DNA of 64,000 nucleotides from Octopus sinensis (GCF_006345805.1 NC_042999.1:744001-808000), one strand, 5' to 3'. Counted from the first letter of the stretch, positions 13,131 to 27,127 are shown. Translations and numbers: made by a program. The notes: a model not told the origin generated them from the letters alone.

Positions 13131-13637
13131 TGTCGTTATTGTTCTTAAGAGGAATTTCAGTGCAATCTGAACAAAGAATTTTGGTAAACGTAATCAAATA
13201 TTCTTTTGAAAACCACCTCCACTTTGTTTCCTTCTTTCTCCACAGTAAACATGTCACGTTAAAGGTTCAGGAAACTAAATTATCTCAAATTGCACCTCCT
13301 CGTATTTTCCAATACTCTCTATTTCAGTGACAAACGGCAAATATTGATATTTCCACTTAGCATGAGACAGTTTTTTTGAAAGAGAATGCATTCTATTTAA
13401 TTGATTTAAAACGAGTCTTTCATACAAACCTCTTGGGTGTATGTGTGTGTGTGTGTGAGAGAGAGAATTTGTGTGTGTGAGTGGGAGAGAGTGAGTGTAT
13501 GTGCGTTTGTTCCTTTGAAAGAATCGCATAACATACTAGATTGTAAAAACACTATTAGATAACGTGGGATTCGAACCTGAAATAATTTATATACGTTAGC
13601 TTCATTACGTGAAGCTAGTCAGATATATATATATATT

Positions 13638-13676
<39 letters not shown>

Positions 13677-13725
13677 ATGTATGTATGTATGTATGTATGT
13701 TTGTATGTATGTATGTATGTATATA

Positions 13726-13761
<36 letters not shown>

Positions 13762-14664
13762 TGTATGTATGTATGTATGTTGTATATATATATATATATG
13801 TATATGTATATATATATATATTATATATATATATTATATATATATATCTATATATATATATATGTCTGTGTATGTATGTACGAGTGCGTCGTGTGTAATA
13901 GATAAGTTATATATGTGTGAATATATATACATATGTATATATGTGTGTGTGTGTGCGTGAGTGTGTATAAAACAAGCATATTTTATTGGTTTTAAGAGAA
14001 GAAATTTGGCCTTCCACGGGTTTAAAGGAAAGTATAAAACTCCTTTCAATACGTATGGAAGTATGGTGTCTTCTCTTTATCATTTTTATTATGTATGGAA
14101 ACTCTAACCGCAGAAAATTATTTCACTGACGCTGAAGCTAAATTCACTGAACATTATCTTCTGTGTAGTTATACATGTTAAACATGATATAATTTTATTT
14201 GCAATGCGGCAGTTTGCATTCGAAATTATCGGAACTCGAATAGCATTTTATAAAATAAACGTTATATTTTCCTTAAATACCAGCATGCTATGTACATACG
14301 TTGGCAGATATTTCCGAGAGATAAGGCAATATTAAGAATTGCATGCAACATTTATATCGGAGAGCATGTGATATATTTAAGGTTATAGGAGATTATGGAG
14401 ATTTCGTTAAGTGGTCATTATTTTTCCTGATTTGCTTTTATCGTTGCACATAAATATCAAACTGACCATTTAGGAAGTAATTTCTAAGCCCAGCAGTCTT
14501 ACTAATTATATGGGCGATAAGAACATACTCCTGGTGTTTGTAGTTCTGGATAGGACGACTGAGGTTGTGGTTTATTTGAAAAAATATCGAATTATGTACA
14601 ATATACTTCACCACAGCCTCTCACAGATTTGCTCACAAGTCAACAGTAGGGGCTGGTTGTGAAT

Positions 14665-14958
14665 TTCAGAAGATGACCTCTGGATTATGTATATGTGTAT
14701 AATACTGAAAAATTATCTTAAATGATTGAGAATTCCCTCAGCCAAAACCTCAGCGACTCCCATTAATTTGTATATAATATAGGCTTTAAATTTTAGCACA
14801 AGGCCAGCAAGTTCAGAAGAGGACCCCTGGATTATGTATATGTGTATAATACTTAAAAATTATCTTAAATGATTGAGAATTCCCTCAGCCAAAACCTCAG
14901 CGGCTCCCATGATTTGTATATCATATAGGTTTCAAATTTTAGGACAAGGCCAGCGAGG
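14665..14958. repeat. 147-bp tandem duplication (2 copies)
   Basis: TTCAGAAGA...CTGGATTATGTATATGTG...CCCTCAGCCAAAACCTCAGCG repeated at 14665 and 14812. Confidence 0.9.
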
Positions 14959-15136
14959 TCTAAGGTGGTGGGTAAGTTGATTACATCGTCCCCCAAGCTC
15001 AGCAAGTATTTATTTTAGTCGATGCCGAAAGGATGAAAAGCGAAGTGGACCTTGGCGGAATTTGAACTCAGAACATAAAGACGGCCAAAATGCCGCTAAG
15101 CATTTTTGCTCGGCGTGCTAACGATTCCGCCAGCTC
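14930..15136 (-). mobile_element. SINE family B, diverged (alternative tail)
   Basis: GGATGAAAAGCGAAGTGGACC...GAATTTGAACTCAGAAC...GCGTGCTAACGATTCCGCCAGCTC. Confidence 0.8.
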
Positions 15137-15200
15137 AACGGTTTATGATTTGTGTATAATATTGCTGTTCATTTTATATCAAATTCTATATTCCCAGTGA

Positions 15201-15455
15201 AGGCATGCGGCTTAGTGGTTAGGAACTGCATTTACGATCGCAAGATCGGGGTTTCGATTCCTGCACTGGGCGGGGGATCTGTTGTGTACTTGAGCAAAAC
15301 ACTTCATTTCACGTTGGTGCAATTCACACAGTTGTATATGAACAACCTTGCAACGAACCGGTTTCCGTTCAGAGGAAATGATATGATTTCGCTCACTTAC
15401 ACGCAACGGGTTCGAGGTAACCAACCGTATGAATCCGAGAACTTGTGACACGAGA
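15201..15455 (+). mobile_element. SINE family D (tRNA-Arg-like head)
   Basis: GGCTTAGTGG A-box, TTACGAT loop, GTTTCGATTCC B-box; CTTGAGCAAAACACTT segment shared with 51765-52108. Confidence 0.7.
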
Positions 15456-15795
15456 TACTAATTATGTTTTTGCTATACTTCCAAGCGATGACTAGTAGCG
15501 TTGAAGATATGCCCTGTGTTATCTAACCGCAGGTTAGCTCTGATTAGTCAAGCTTTTAAACAAAGGTACTACATTTGAGGACATCCAGTACTTTTGTAGG
15601 AGTATGACAACATTATCCAGTAACTCATCTCCTTCTTTCAGTATCAAAGGCGTTATTTTAGGCAGATTACAGTAACCCTCAACTATCGCGGGTGTTACGG
15701 TCCAACAATCCTAACCACGATGAGTGAAAATGCGCGAAGTAGAAACAGTACATTATAGTTTTTAATTATGTTTATAATTAGTATTTTATATATAT

Positions 15796-16598
<803 letters not shown>

Positions 16599-17150
16599 AC
16601 CTAAGCACATAAATTACTCAATGCCTTTAAATAGCTTCGTGAAACTGCAAGAATCGTACGACAGATTATGAAACGAGAAACCAATTTGCTTACTATTAGC
16701 CATTTTGCAAAGTATTGATTAATTTAGCAAATATTTCCTTCAAAAGTTTTGTATAAATTATTTAGACGTCAGAAAAGAATCAAAGGAAAGCCATTCCGTC
16801 AACAATAACCGTATATAACATTTCAGCAATGGACAGACTGTCGTCTTTTCGTGTAACCACCCAAGAGACAGTATTAGTACGAAATGTAAACGATATTAGC
16901 TTGGATCACTAGTGAACTGAGGTTATATCTTATAAATCGGTGAGAAATGGAGAAGATTGCAGAACATACGTAAATCCTACGAAAGCTGAAAGATTTCTTA
17001 GTACATAGCTCCATATGTTATTAGGAATTTCAGTTGGCTAGAGAATAAATATTTCCATATAATTGTGCTCATCATTAAGAGCTCGATAATGGTGATGGAA
17101 CATTTTCTTAACGCACAAAATGTGTCTGCTTGTGTGCATTTGTGTACGTA

Positions 17151-17370
<220 letters not shown>

Positions 17371-17384
17371 TAGCTAGCTAGCTA

Positions 17385-17427
<43 letters not shown>

Positions 17428-17429
17428 TA

Positions 17430-17612
17430 TTCTTTTATTCATTGACTTGTTTCAGTCATGTGATTGCAGCCATGATTGGGCACCAACTTTCAGTCGAACA
17501 AATCGACCTCAGGACCTGGTACTTATTCTGTCGGTCTCTTTTGTCGAACCGCTAAGTTACCGGGGACATAAACACACCAATACCAGTTGCCAAGTGGTGA
17601 TGGAGCACAAAC
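17430..17612 (-). mobile_element. SINE family A tail, diverged
   Basis: CTTGTTTCAGTCA...GAACCGCTAAGTTAC...AAACACACCA. Confidence 0.8.
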
Positions 17613-18789
17613 ACACACACACACTCACACACACACACACTCACACACACACACACTCACTCACACACACACAAACATATATATATTGTTACGCAGATAC
17701 CTATGACTATGTTTCTAATTACAGCCTGGGGTGGCTGGAGTGTCTATGAATATAAAGAGTCTTTCTAGTTAAACGTTCTGTAGGATAGCGTTGATGTGTC
17801 TCGATGTCTTGTATTTTCGTGAAGTTGGCGTTAACTGTGATAGGCCGAATTGTTTGAAAGTGCATATAGAACTCTTCCAGATTTTATCCATTCCGTGCCA
17901 TTTGTAGAGCATGAAATTTTCATACCATCGTCCATGTACTGTGATAAATAGTGGAGCACATATGTATATTATTTTATGATATTATACCAAATATATACGC
18001 TTTATTTATAATTTTGCACATTGCTTAATCATCCTTATATGTTTTATATTATATTTAATCTTTCTATAATATGTAATTTTATAGATGGTATAATTTAATT
18101 TTCCATTATTGAATTGATAAGAGGTGGGTTTTTTTCTAATTTATATATGTATTATATTTTGTGAAATTTTATTTAGTATTTCTAAATTGAATTTTTCCCT
18201 GTAAGTTTGGAATAATATTCCCTCATATTATCTTTAATATATATATATAATATATATATATATATACAAGCACACACACACAAACACTTACACACACACA
18301 CACACACACACAACACACACACAATACACACACACATGATAAACCCAGTAAGGTGTTTCGTATTTTTCGCACCATCATGGTAAACAAATTTTAGTCCAAA
18401 GTATCCAGAATGAAAGACGAATAGTGGACAAGTAAGGAAAAATAGAATAAAAACAATCTTTAAGGCAGAAAGATGGTTTTATTAAGAACATAGCCAACGG
18501 TATTTAGTTGACAGGAACTATGCGGATTCAATAGATTCCAACAGAAAGAAAGGAAACAAAATGTAGATTGAATATCGATTGTGCGTAGGAGGAGAAAGTT
18601 ATCAGTCGTGTACTTAGGCATGTATGTATATCCGGATGTGTTATAAATTCTGTAAGTGCATAGATAGCATGTATGAATGAGAGTGGAGCGTTAAGTGCGT
18701 GAGAGAGGGTATGTGCATTTTATCACATTTCCCTTCTTGTATGCTTTCCATATATTCACAGAAATTTGCACACAAACTCACTCACATGT

Positions 18790-18821
<32 letters not shown>

Positions 18822-18841
18822 TATATATATATATATATATC

Positions 18842-18893
<52 letters not shown>

Positions 18894-19129
18894 ATAATAT
18901 ATACAATAATATTATTATATTATATATAATAATATATATAATATATATATATAATATAATATACACACTCACGTACATACACACACAATTGCGCACAAGC
19001 ATTATATTATCTCTTATGTTCAAACACCCACACATACACGTCTTAGAAAAACCCATTGACATTGATGCTGTTTACCTATGTGTTGTTGGAATCGATCTTT
19101 TCTTACACGACACAGCAGTCACTTGCACA

Positions 19130-19665
19130 AACTGATATAAAGTCCTGTTGCAAATCATGGTGTTCTGTTGGAACCCAAGCCAGTAGACAATGGCTTTAAG
19201 CGAAGAATATAATAATGCCAACGTTATTTTTCAACTCCTGTGCAGCTGAAATTGCTTATGCATTTAAGGATTGTGACCTAGGTACATTTGTCCGCTTTCA
19301 CACATCAGGTAAACCATAAAGTCGAAATCGTTTCAAAGCCGAAACGAATATTTTCCACTGACTCCAGTTAGCGATTTGTTGTGCGCTGATAATCTTGATG
19401 TTATAGTTCACAAGATGTTCTGGAAAGAATGAACCTAGTTTCCAGTACCATTATTGCATTTTTAGTTGAATAACTCTTAAGAAAACCACGGTTATGTTTA
19501 TGCCGGTCCACGGGAAATCGTATGGCTAAACACATATACTTAACCAATGACCCAGACTTAAAGCACTGGATTCTTTTGCATATTTTGCACCCCTACTTCC
19601 AAGCAAGCATCCTTAGATTCAGAGATTAATTAGATAATTAAGAAAGCTTCAGTGGCATAGGAAGC
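19130..19665 (+). pseudogene. Decayed RTE-type LINE reverse transcriptase fragment
   Basis: Manual translation across frameshifts gives RFHTSGK, DLLCADN (FADD-like), KKTTVMF, LDSEIN..IKKAS, in RTE RT order. Confidence 0.6.
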
Positions 19666-19894
19666 AAGGATGAGCTGATACAAGCACTGCACATGCGAAG
19701 CTTGGCGAGGCTCAGATTCCTCTTTGAACAGACTGGTTTTTTAATATATGGAATATTGAAGAGATATCGTAGTTTAAAAGGTGCATAGTTTGGCATACCA
19801 AAACAGGATCTCTGAATGTATGGCAATTGGAGTTGTATAGCTGTGAAAATGTACAATGAACGCACACACGCATATAGCAGCTCGATAATGTTGC

Positions 19895-20020
19895 CTTAGA
19901 TAATAGCTTATGTAAACTTTAAAAAGACATTTGATAGTGTAAAACGAGTCATGACATGGGATACACTACGCTTGTCTGATTTTCTTTGAAAAGCAATTTA
20001 ATTTAATTAATTAAAAAGTG
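19895..20020 (+). pseudogene. LINE RT fragment (DxKKAFD motif)
   Basis: 19900-19971 translates IIAYVNFKKTFDSVKRVMTWDTLR. Confidence 0.6.
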
Positions 20021-21229
20021 TACATCGAATAAGCGTAGGAATTTGCGTGTACCTTACTGCAATGAAGTCTTTTGGTGCTTCCTTTATGAAAACTTTCGAT
20101 GTTTGAAGAAAACGAATTGACGTTGTAGCAGAGATCTTGCTCGGAATTGAAGCAAGAAGATTTAGGTATAAAATTAAATCAGTTTGAGATTAGCATTACC
20201 ATATTTGGTAATGTGGAGCACAGTTTAGCTGCGCTATACGATCGGACACTATCAAAACACTGACATTTTTTTTCATCCAATCATTTTTGAAGTCAATATT
20301 AATTTCGAATGTAAAGAAGAAGGCTAGATATTTGAAGTCAGTATTAATATGCGTTGACAGGCAAAAAAAGTTAGTTTAAATTTTCGTGCTTAAAACTCTA
20401 AAAGAACACTCTGGAATTTTTTAACAAACTTTTATCAACTGTTAACATCTAAAAATTGTATTTCTTGAGGTAATTTTCGTATCGCAGACTGAAGCAATGT
20501 GATTTTAGATCGAATTGATAAGATATTTCTTAAATCATAATTTCATAATTCTTTCAGAATATTCCACTACTTTTTAGTTTACACACATTTACTTACAAAA
20601 TTATACAACAAATTCTAAATTATGTATAAATAACTTACTGATATTGCGTACGTTTTTTAAAAATATATTTCCTTTTTATCAACTTGTCATGAAATCTCTT
20701 TCATTAATATTTAAACCACCAAACAACAAATAAAATATTTATTAGTGGAAAGTATTTGTCATATTTTGCTTAAGCAGATTATATTGTTTAATTTGGTCGG
20801 CTTAAAAATAAACATCAGTGAAATTAAAGTTATGAAAACTGATCAAGAGGGAAGAGGAAAATGATTGCCGAATGATGCTGTTTCAGAAAGTGAATTTAAT
20901 GAAAGATTTAAGGGGAAAATCATGCAATGCGAATATTATGAAATATTTAGAAATAAACCTATCATTCACAAATGCATTTGTATAAAAGCCGACCTTCGGT
21001 TGTGGAGTTCCGAGTAAGTTGAATAATTGCACCCTTACAAGCAAATGTCTTGAAATTTCGCAAGAATGAAAAAGAGGCAAAGGCTGGATTAAAATGATTA
21101 TAATAAAGCACAAGCAAAAGAGAATATTTCAAACACGACATCATATTCCGTGTCCATTCGTTATCATAACGAGGAAGAAAGTGAGACCGTATTTATATTA
21201 ATTTCAAATTATATAAATTTCGTATTTAT

Positions 21230-21404
21230 ATTAATTTCAAAGTCCAGCAAGTTCGAAAGAGGGGTAAATCGATTATTTTATCAACTCCGAAAAGATGAAA
21301 GGCGAAGCGGACATCGGCGTAATTCGAACTCAGAAAGAAAAGATGGACGAAATGCCACTAAGCATTTCGCCCGACGTATTAACAACTCTGGCAGCTCGAC
21401 GCCT
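21230..21404 (-). mobile_element. SINE family B, diverged
   Basis: GATGAAAGGCGAAG...GAACTCAGAA...CTAAGCATTTCGCCC...CAGCTCG. Confidence 0.7.
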
Positions 21405-21470
21405 TAGGTCGTATATATATTACTGACAACTTTCCCAACGCATTTTTCTTAGAAGAATGTAAATGTGTGC

Positions 21471-21570
21471 NNNNNNNNNNNNNNNNNNNNNNNNNNNNNN
21501 NNNNNNNNNNNNNNNNNNNNNNNNNNNNNNNNNNNNNNNNNNNNNNNNNNNNNNNNNNNNNNNNNNNNNN
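21471..21570. other. Assembly gap (100 N)
   Basis: Run of N. Confidence 1.
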
Positions 21571-21944
21571 CCTCAACCAGTGAGCATGTCCCTTAGGCTG
21601 ATGATATGTGCATCTCTGATCACAAACAGAAGTTGTGGGAGAGCATCATAGTCATGTGTTGAAAGGGATTCTTGGAGGTTTGGATAATTCACCTTTGGAA
21701 ACATGGGTGTTTCGTTCAACATCATCTTGAGTGGGATGGGCTACTCAACCTGAGGAAAATTCTAACTGGGCCCCAACTTCAAAGTCATTTGCTGTTTATC
21801 TTGATATGAGATCACCATGTCGCGCACATATGGTTGTGATGCATGTGCCTGGTGTACCCTTATCAGACGGGTAGTCATGATGGGTATACTGGGCTTCGTA
21901 TATTTTACCCCAGTGTCACTTTGACGGCATGGTCTGCTCTCTCA

Positions 21945-22032
<88 letters not shown>
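21571..22032 (+). mobile_element. Probable retroelement 3' end with (AAT)n tail
   Basis: GC-richer block ending ...CTCACTG followed by a long (AAT)n; same ACTG|AAT junction as the Dong-like element at 37152. Confidence 0.4.
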
Positions 22033-22124
22033 TAGGGCGCTTTCACATCATATTCATCTACACATCAGGAAGATTTTTTAAGAATGAGCTGTAGAATTAT
22101 CTACATTACATGTTTCGTTTACGC

Positions 22125-22162
<38 letters not shown>

Positions 22163-22399
22163 TTAACAATTGAGGGATAATCTTTAAAAGAAATTATCAG
22201 TAGTCAGCGTGAAAAAACCTCGTAAGAGAAAAAATCCGTAAATTCTTCCTCTTTGAAAATATTCATTTAATTATATTGAGGGTACTACTTCGTAGATACC
22301 AACACGCTAAGAGGGACCAATGCGGTCAAAACTACTAAAAATAAACAAAATTTTACCGAATGCAAAACTTCAAAACACATCATTTTAAAAAAGAATTCA

Positions 22400-22463
22400 G
22401 TTACATATCACATGTGATTTCGCATTTAATGCAGAATATGCATTTCATGTTCGTCATTGCAAC
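22400..22463 (-). ncRNA. Type I hammerhead ribozyme motif (C3>A variant)
   Basis: GTTGCA-ATGACGA-A-CAT..ATGCA-TATTC-TGCAT..ATG-C-GAAA-TCA-CATG-TGA-TA-TGTAAC. Confidence 0.65.
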
Positions 22464-22694
22464 AAACTCAAGAAATATAAGAAAAAACATAACATTACAA
22501 ACTCGAATTTTTCACCGGAATAGTTCAATACTGAATTTTTATTCCGACTAGGCAATTTGTAACCGAAATGCATTGCGAAAAAGCCCGCCATTTTCATAGA
22601 TATGTAAGGATAAACATTCGTACAAGCTACGACGAATTCTACGGTTGGCTATCGAGCTTGTAATGTTATGTTTTTTCTTATATTTCTTGAGTTT

Positions 22695-22756
22695 GTTGCA
22701 CTGACGAACATGAAATGCATATTCTGCATTAAATGCGAATCACATTGATATGTAAC
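22695..22756 (+). ncRNA. Type I hammerhead ribozyme motif (GAAA>GAA variant)
   Basis: GTTGCA-CTGACGA-A-CAT...ATG-C-GAA-TCA-CAT-TGA-TA-TGTAAC. Confidence 0.65.
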
Positions 22757-23799
22757 TGAATTCTTTTTTAAAATGATGTGTTTTGAAGTTTTGCATTCGG
22801 TAAAATTTTGTTTATTTTTAGTAGTTTTGACCGCATTGGTCCCTCTTAGCGTGTTGGTATCTACGAATAGTAGTACCCTCAATATAATATAAATATATAT
22901 ATATATATATAATATATATATATATATTTGTGTGTGTCTATCTGCGTGTATTTGTGTACATATATATTCACCTATATATAGACATATATATTCTCACTCT
23001 CTCTCTCTATCTATCTATGTATATATATGTGTACACATATATATATGCATATCTGTCTATATATCTATACATGTATGCATATGTATATGTATACATATAT
23101 GTACATATATACATATATGCATTCGTATACATCCATATATACATGTGTATGAGCGTGTGTGTGTATTTATTTGTCTGTAGATGTGTAATAAGGTAAAATG
23201 AAACGTAAACATATTTGTTTGTTTACAAACTTTTGTTGGTCTGCCGTTCTATAACCTCCCACACATATATACCGGCACGTATGCTTGCATGAATTTAAGT
23301 ATGCATAAATGTATTCATCTATACTTACCTACATATTTATGTGTATGTGTTTGTGTGTTTGTGCGCTTATTTAAGCATGTACCTACGTACGTGTGTGTAA
23401 CTGCATGCGTGTTTGTATGTGTCCACGTTTGTACTTGCATGTATACAAATATGTGGTTTTAAGCTACTCATTTACAAATGAATAATTATTACAGACAGTG
23501 TACTGCTAAACAGTCAGAAGCAATCAATGCTTTTGTGAATGCAACCATACAAGGAACATCTTGTATGGATTTATAAAGACATTAACATCAACAAGAAGAA
23601 AACACAAGGAACAACAATGAAATCAACTGGGAAACAGTATTACAACATGAATATATTTTATATATATTACAACGTGTATATATATGTATATATATATCTA
23701 TAAACAAACATATTTATAAACAAACAGACACATACATACTAACGCACATACACACATATATATATTTTATATATTACGTGTGTAAATATTATATATATT

Positions 23800-24210
23800 T
23801 ATTGCTTTATTGCTGACAAGGGGCTAAACACAGAGGAGACAAACAAGGACAGACAAAGAGATAAAGTCGATTACAATTACCCCAGTGCGCAACTGGTATT
23901 TATTTAATCGATCCCGAAAGGATGAAAGGCAAAGTCGACCTCGGCGGAATTTGAACTCCGAACGTAACGGCAGACGAAATACTTATTTCTTTACTACCCA
24001 CAAGGACTAAACACAGAAGGGACAAACAAGGACAGACAAACGGATTAAGTCGATTATATCGACCCTAGTGCGTAACTAGTACTTATTTAATCGACCCCGA
24101 AAGGATGAAAGGTAAAGTCGACCTCGGCAGACTTTAAACTGAGGGCGTAACGCCAGACGAAATATCGCTAAGAATTTCACCGGCGTGCTAACGATTCTGC
24201 CAGCTTTCCG
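23800..24210 (-). mobile_element. SINE family B dimer
   Basis: Two tandem bodies (GGATGAAAGGCAAAGTCGACCTCGGC twice) with one head. Confidence 0.85.
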
Positions 24211-24316
24211 CTCTCAGATATAATATATATAACAAAACGTGTATATTTAATGCATCTGTACATGTGTGTGTATTATATGTATTACCAAGTATATATCTAA
24301 TTATAATATATATTCC

Positions 24317-24528
24317 TTTCAAATTTTGGCACAAGGCCAGAGAATTCTGAGGAGGGGCAACGTTCATGACATCGATCCAAGCTTTTCATTTGTATTTATC
24401 TTAACGACCTAGAGAAAATTACAGGCAAAGTGAACTTTTTGGTGGCACTTGAACTCAGTACGTAAAGACGGAAAAATACCACTGCGAATTTTGGCCGGCG
24501 CGGCTACAATTCTGTCAGCTCGCCACCG
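24317..24528 (-). mobile_element. SINE family B, old copy
   Basis: GGCACAAGGCC tail; TTGAACTCAG...CAGCTCGCC head. Confidence 0.65.
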
Positions 24529-24628
24529 TTTATATTACCAAGTGTTTATAAAATACTACGTGTATAAAAATTATATTACAATATGCGTATACAATTAGTA
24601 GTGGACACTAAATTCTCTCTCTCTCTCT

Positions 24629-24659
<31 letters not shown>

Positions 24660-24836
24660 AGCATGCATGGTTTTATATATATGTAATTGATATTTGCATA
24701 CATACATGCATATATACATATACATATATATATATATATATATATATGCGTGTATATTTACATACATACATATATACATACATGAACTGCTGAAATCTAC
24801 AAGTCATTTTCATTATCTCCCTATTTTCTCTCATTC

Positions 24837-24872
24837 CTTTCTCTTGAAGAGCTTAAGCTCGAAACGTAAAAG
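24837..24872 (+). other. Degenerate minimal HHR-like motif in a short repeat (~24822-24962)
   Basis: CTTT-CTCTTGA-A-GAGC-TTAA-GCTC-GAAACGTA-AAAG; helices intact, core mutated. Confidence 0.4.
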
Positions 24873-24958
24873 ACTTTTATATTTTCCCAAGCGTCAATTT
24901 AATACACTTGCTTGTTGTTCATGAACCCGTTTTCGTCTTTTGTTTTTCTATAAATTTC

Positions 24959-25038
<80 letters not shown>

Positions 25039-25549
25039 GGTTTCTTTCAGTTCTGTCTAGCAAATCCGATCTCACGGCTGTCTTTGAAGACAACCTGTCC
25101 AAAGTGAGACGGAGTGGGATTGAACCGGGAACTATGTAGTTGTGAAGCGAACATATTACTATACGGCCACCTCAACGTTTTAACATACATTTCTCTATCT
25201 TTTCATTGGTCGGACGAAACGAGGCTGGAATAGCGTCTTCTACGGCCGGATGCTCTTCGGATGCTATTGTCACCAACCAATATAGTATTGCCCTAGTCAA
25301 TCTGATTACGAACAGTTTGGACCTGTTTTATACAGAAAACCGGACAAAATGATCATCATGTGAATGAGATTCTTGTTAAGAAAAATAATACAAAATGTCA
25401 AGCACTTCCGGACAGGCTTCGGCGGAGGGCTGCAAGCAAAGAATGCTGTCGGTAGGAAGTGTGTTAGGCATAATGATGCATCGATAATTCTTGATATGGT
25501 GAGGGGTGGAGGAAACAAATAATCTGCATAACTAAGCTAATATCCATCT

Positions 25550-25690
25550 TTCTCCTCCTCCTCCTCCTCCCCCTCCCCCTCCTCCTCCCCTCCTCCTCAT
25601 CATCATCATTATCATCCTTCTTGTCATAATCATCATCATCATCATCGTCATCGTCATCGTTGTCGTCATCATCATCATCCCCCTCACCAC

Positions 25691-25724
<34 letters not shown>

Positions 25725-25771
25725 GTCATCGTCATCGTTGTCGTCATCATCATCATCCCCCTCACCACCAC

Positions 25772-25808
<37 letters not shown>

Positions 25809-26090
25809 GTCATCGTCATCGTCATCGTTGTCGTCATCATCCTCATTATCACCATCATCCTCGTTACCATCATCATCGTCATCGTTTTCGTCATCATCAT
25901 CATCATCATTATCATCATTATCATATATCTATGAACTCCAAAATCTTCCCTCAGTTGTACGACAATACCAACATTACCAGGCATTGCCACTATCACCACC
26001 AATACCACCATCACCGCCACCATTAGTATTACTACTACTACTACCATCACTACCACAGCACCACCATCGCCACCACCGCTACGGCCGTCA
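25550..26090. repeat. (CCT)n/(CAT)n/(CAC)n low-complexity tract
   Basis: Direct read; explains the poly-M and poly-S ORFs. Confidence 0.9.
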
Positions 26091-26586
26091 TTAGAATCAT
26101 CAGATCCGCTTGATCACGAATGTCCTGCAGCTAAACAACGAATCACTAGAATAGTTTAAAAGCAGAAACCAACACACAAGGATTCATAAAGCCATTGAAT
26201 TATGTTCTTTAATATATTGAGCTGAAGAGAAGCGAATGATCGACCGAATACAATACTACGCTTTCTATTGTAGAGAATTATTCCCACCGGCGGAATTGGC
26301 CTCTACACAACAAGTCAAAAATTCGCCAATCCTTTTCACGCAGATGTCCCTCGATTCTTAGAAAGAGGTGAACATGGCATTTGTGAGTTCAATATCTTAG
26401 ATCTTGTGATCAGTGCCCGAAGTTTGAGCTAGGACAGCAGACATGTTAAGAACACTCTTTGGCATGCTCCCATTACACGAAACTAATAGTAGTACATAAA
26501 ATCATATATTGTGTTTATAAAGTGATAACCATCTCTCACCAAATGGAATATTTGTTGATCTTACCATCACAGAACAGTATACTACG

Positions 26587-26663
<77 letters not shown>

Positions 26664-26689
26664 CGTCACAGATATGCAATAATCTACAT

Positions 26690-27127
26690 GTGGACATCTC
26701 TACAAGGTCTAGTACATACTTTTAGCATTGAGTGTTGTACAAATGCCAGAACTGGCCTCCAATGTATAGTACCAAAGCTACCATCCACTTCATCTACATT
26801 CAGAATCAAGTACAGTAATAGTCTAGGCCCACAGCTCTTCAATGTCCTGCTACAAAAATTAAGAAATCTGCATAAAGTGGAAGTAGATGCCTTCAAAAAG
26901 GAACTAGATATCTTCTTCTTAATACTGGATAACCCAACAGCCATACATGAGGTGCAGACGAGGGCAGCGGAATCAATGTCCCTTATTCATCAAATGGATC
27001 AACAGCTGGGACAAAGGCACAAACAGGAGTGCTGATGTGAAACACACCCAGACTGAAGAAATCAAAAACCCACGGTGGTGCTCCAGCATGACCGCAGCTG
27101 CATAGGTGAAACGAGTAAAAGAATAAA
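26690..27127 (+). mobile_element. CR1-like LINE 3' end (ORF2 C-terminus and 3' UTR)
   Basis: ORF 26688-27035 contains GPQLFNVL..KLRNL...VDAFKKELD.F...D.P...RAAES.SL.HQ, as recalled for invertebrate CR1-type C-termini; tail GGTGGTGCTCCAGCATGACCGCAG...GAAACGAGTAAAAGA. Confidence 0.7.

Larger units (their letters stand above)
22165..22887. mobile_element. HHR-bearing repeat in inverted (foldback) arrangement, homologous to the 52485-53985 array
   Basis: Arms 22271-22506 and 22652-22887 are near-perfect reverse complements. 22165-22270 and the spacer match other parts of the 478-bp unit (e.g. AGAAATTATC.GTAG..AGCGTGAAAA; AAATGGCGGGCTTTTT). Confidence 0.8.

Noticed and set aside
18345-18385. Possible minus-strand HHR relic (CATGATGG...GAAAC)
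   Set aside because: Core too degenerate and no helix I.
25532-26094. Poly-Met and poly-Ser ORFs
   Set aside because: (CAT)n trinucleotide tract.
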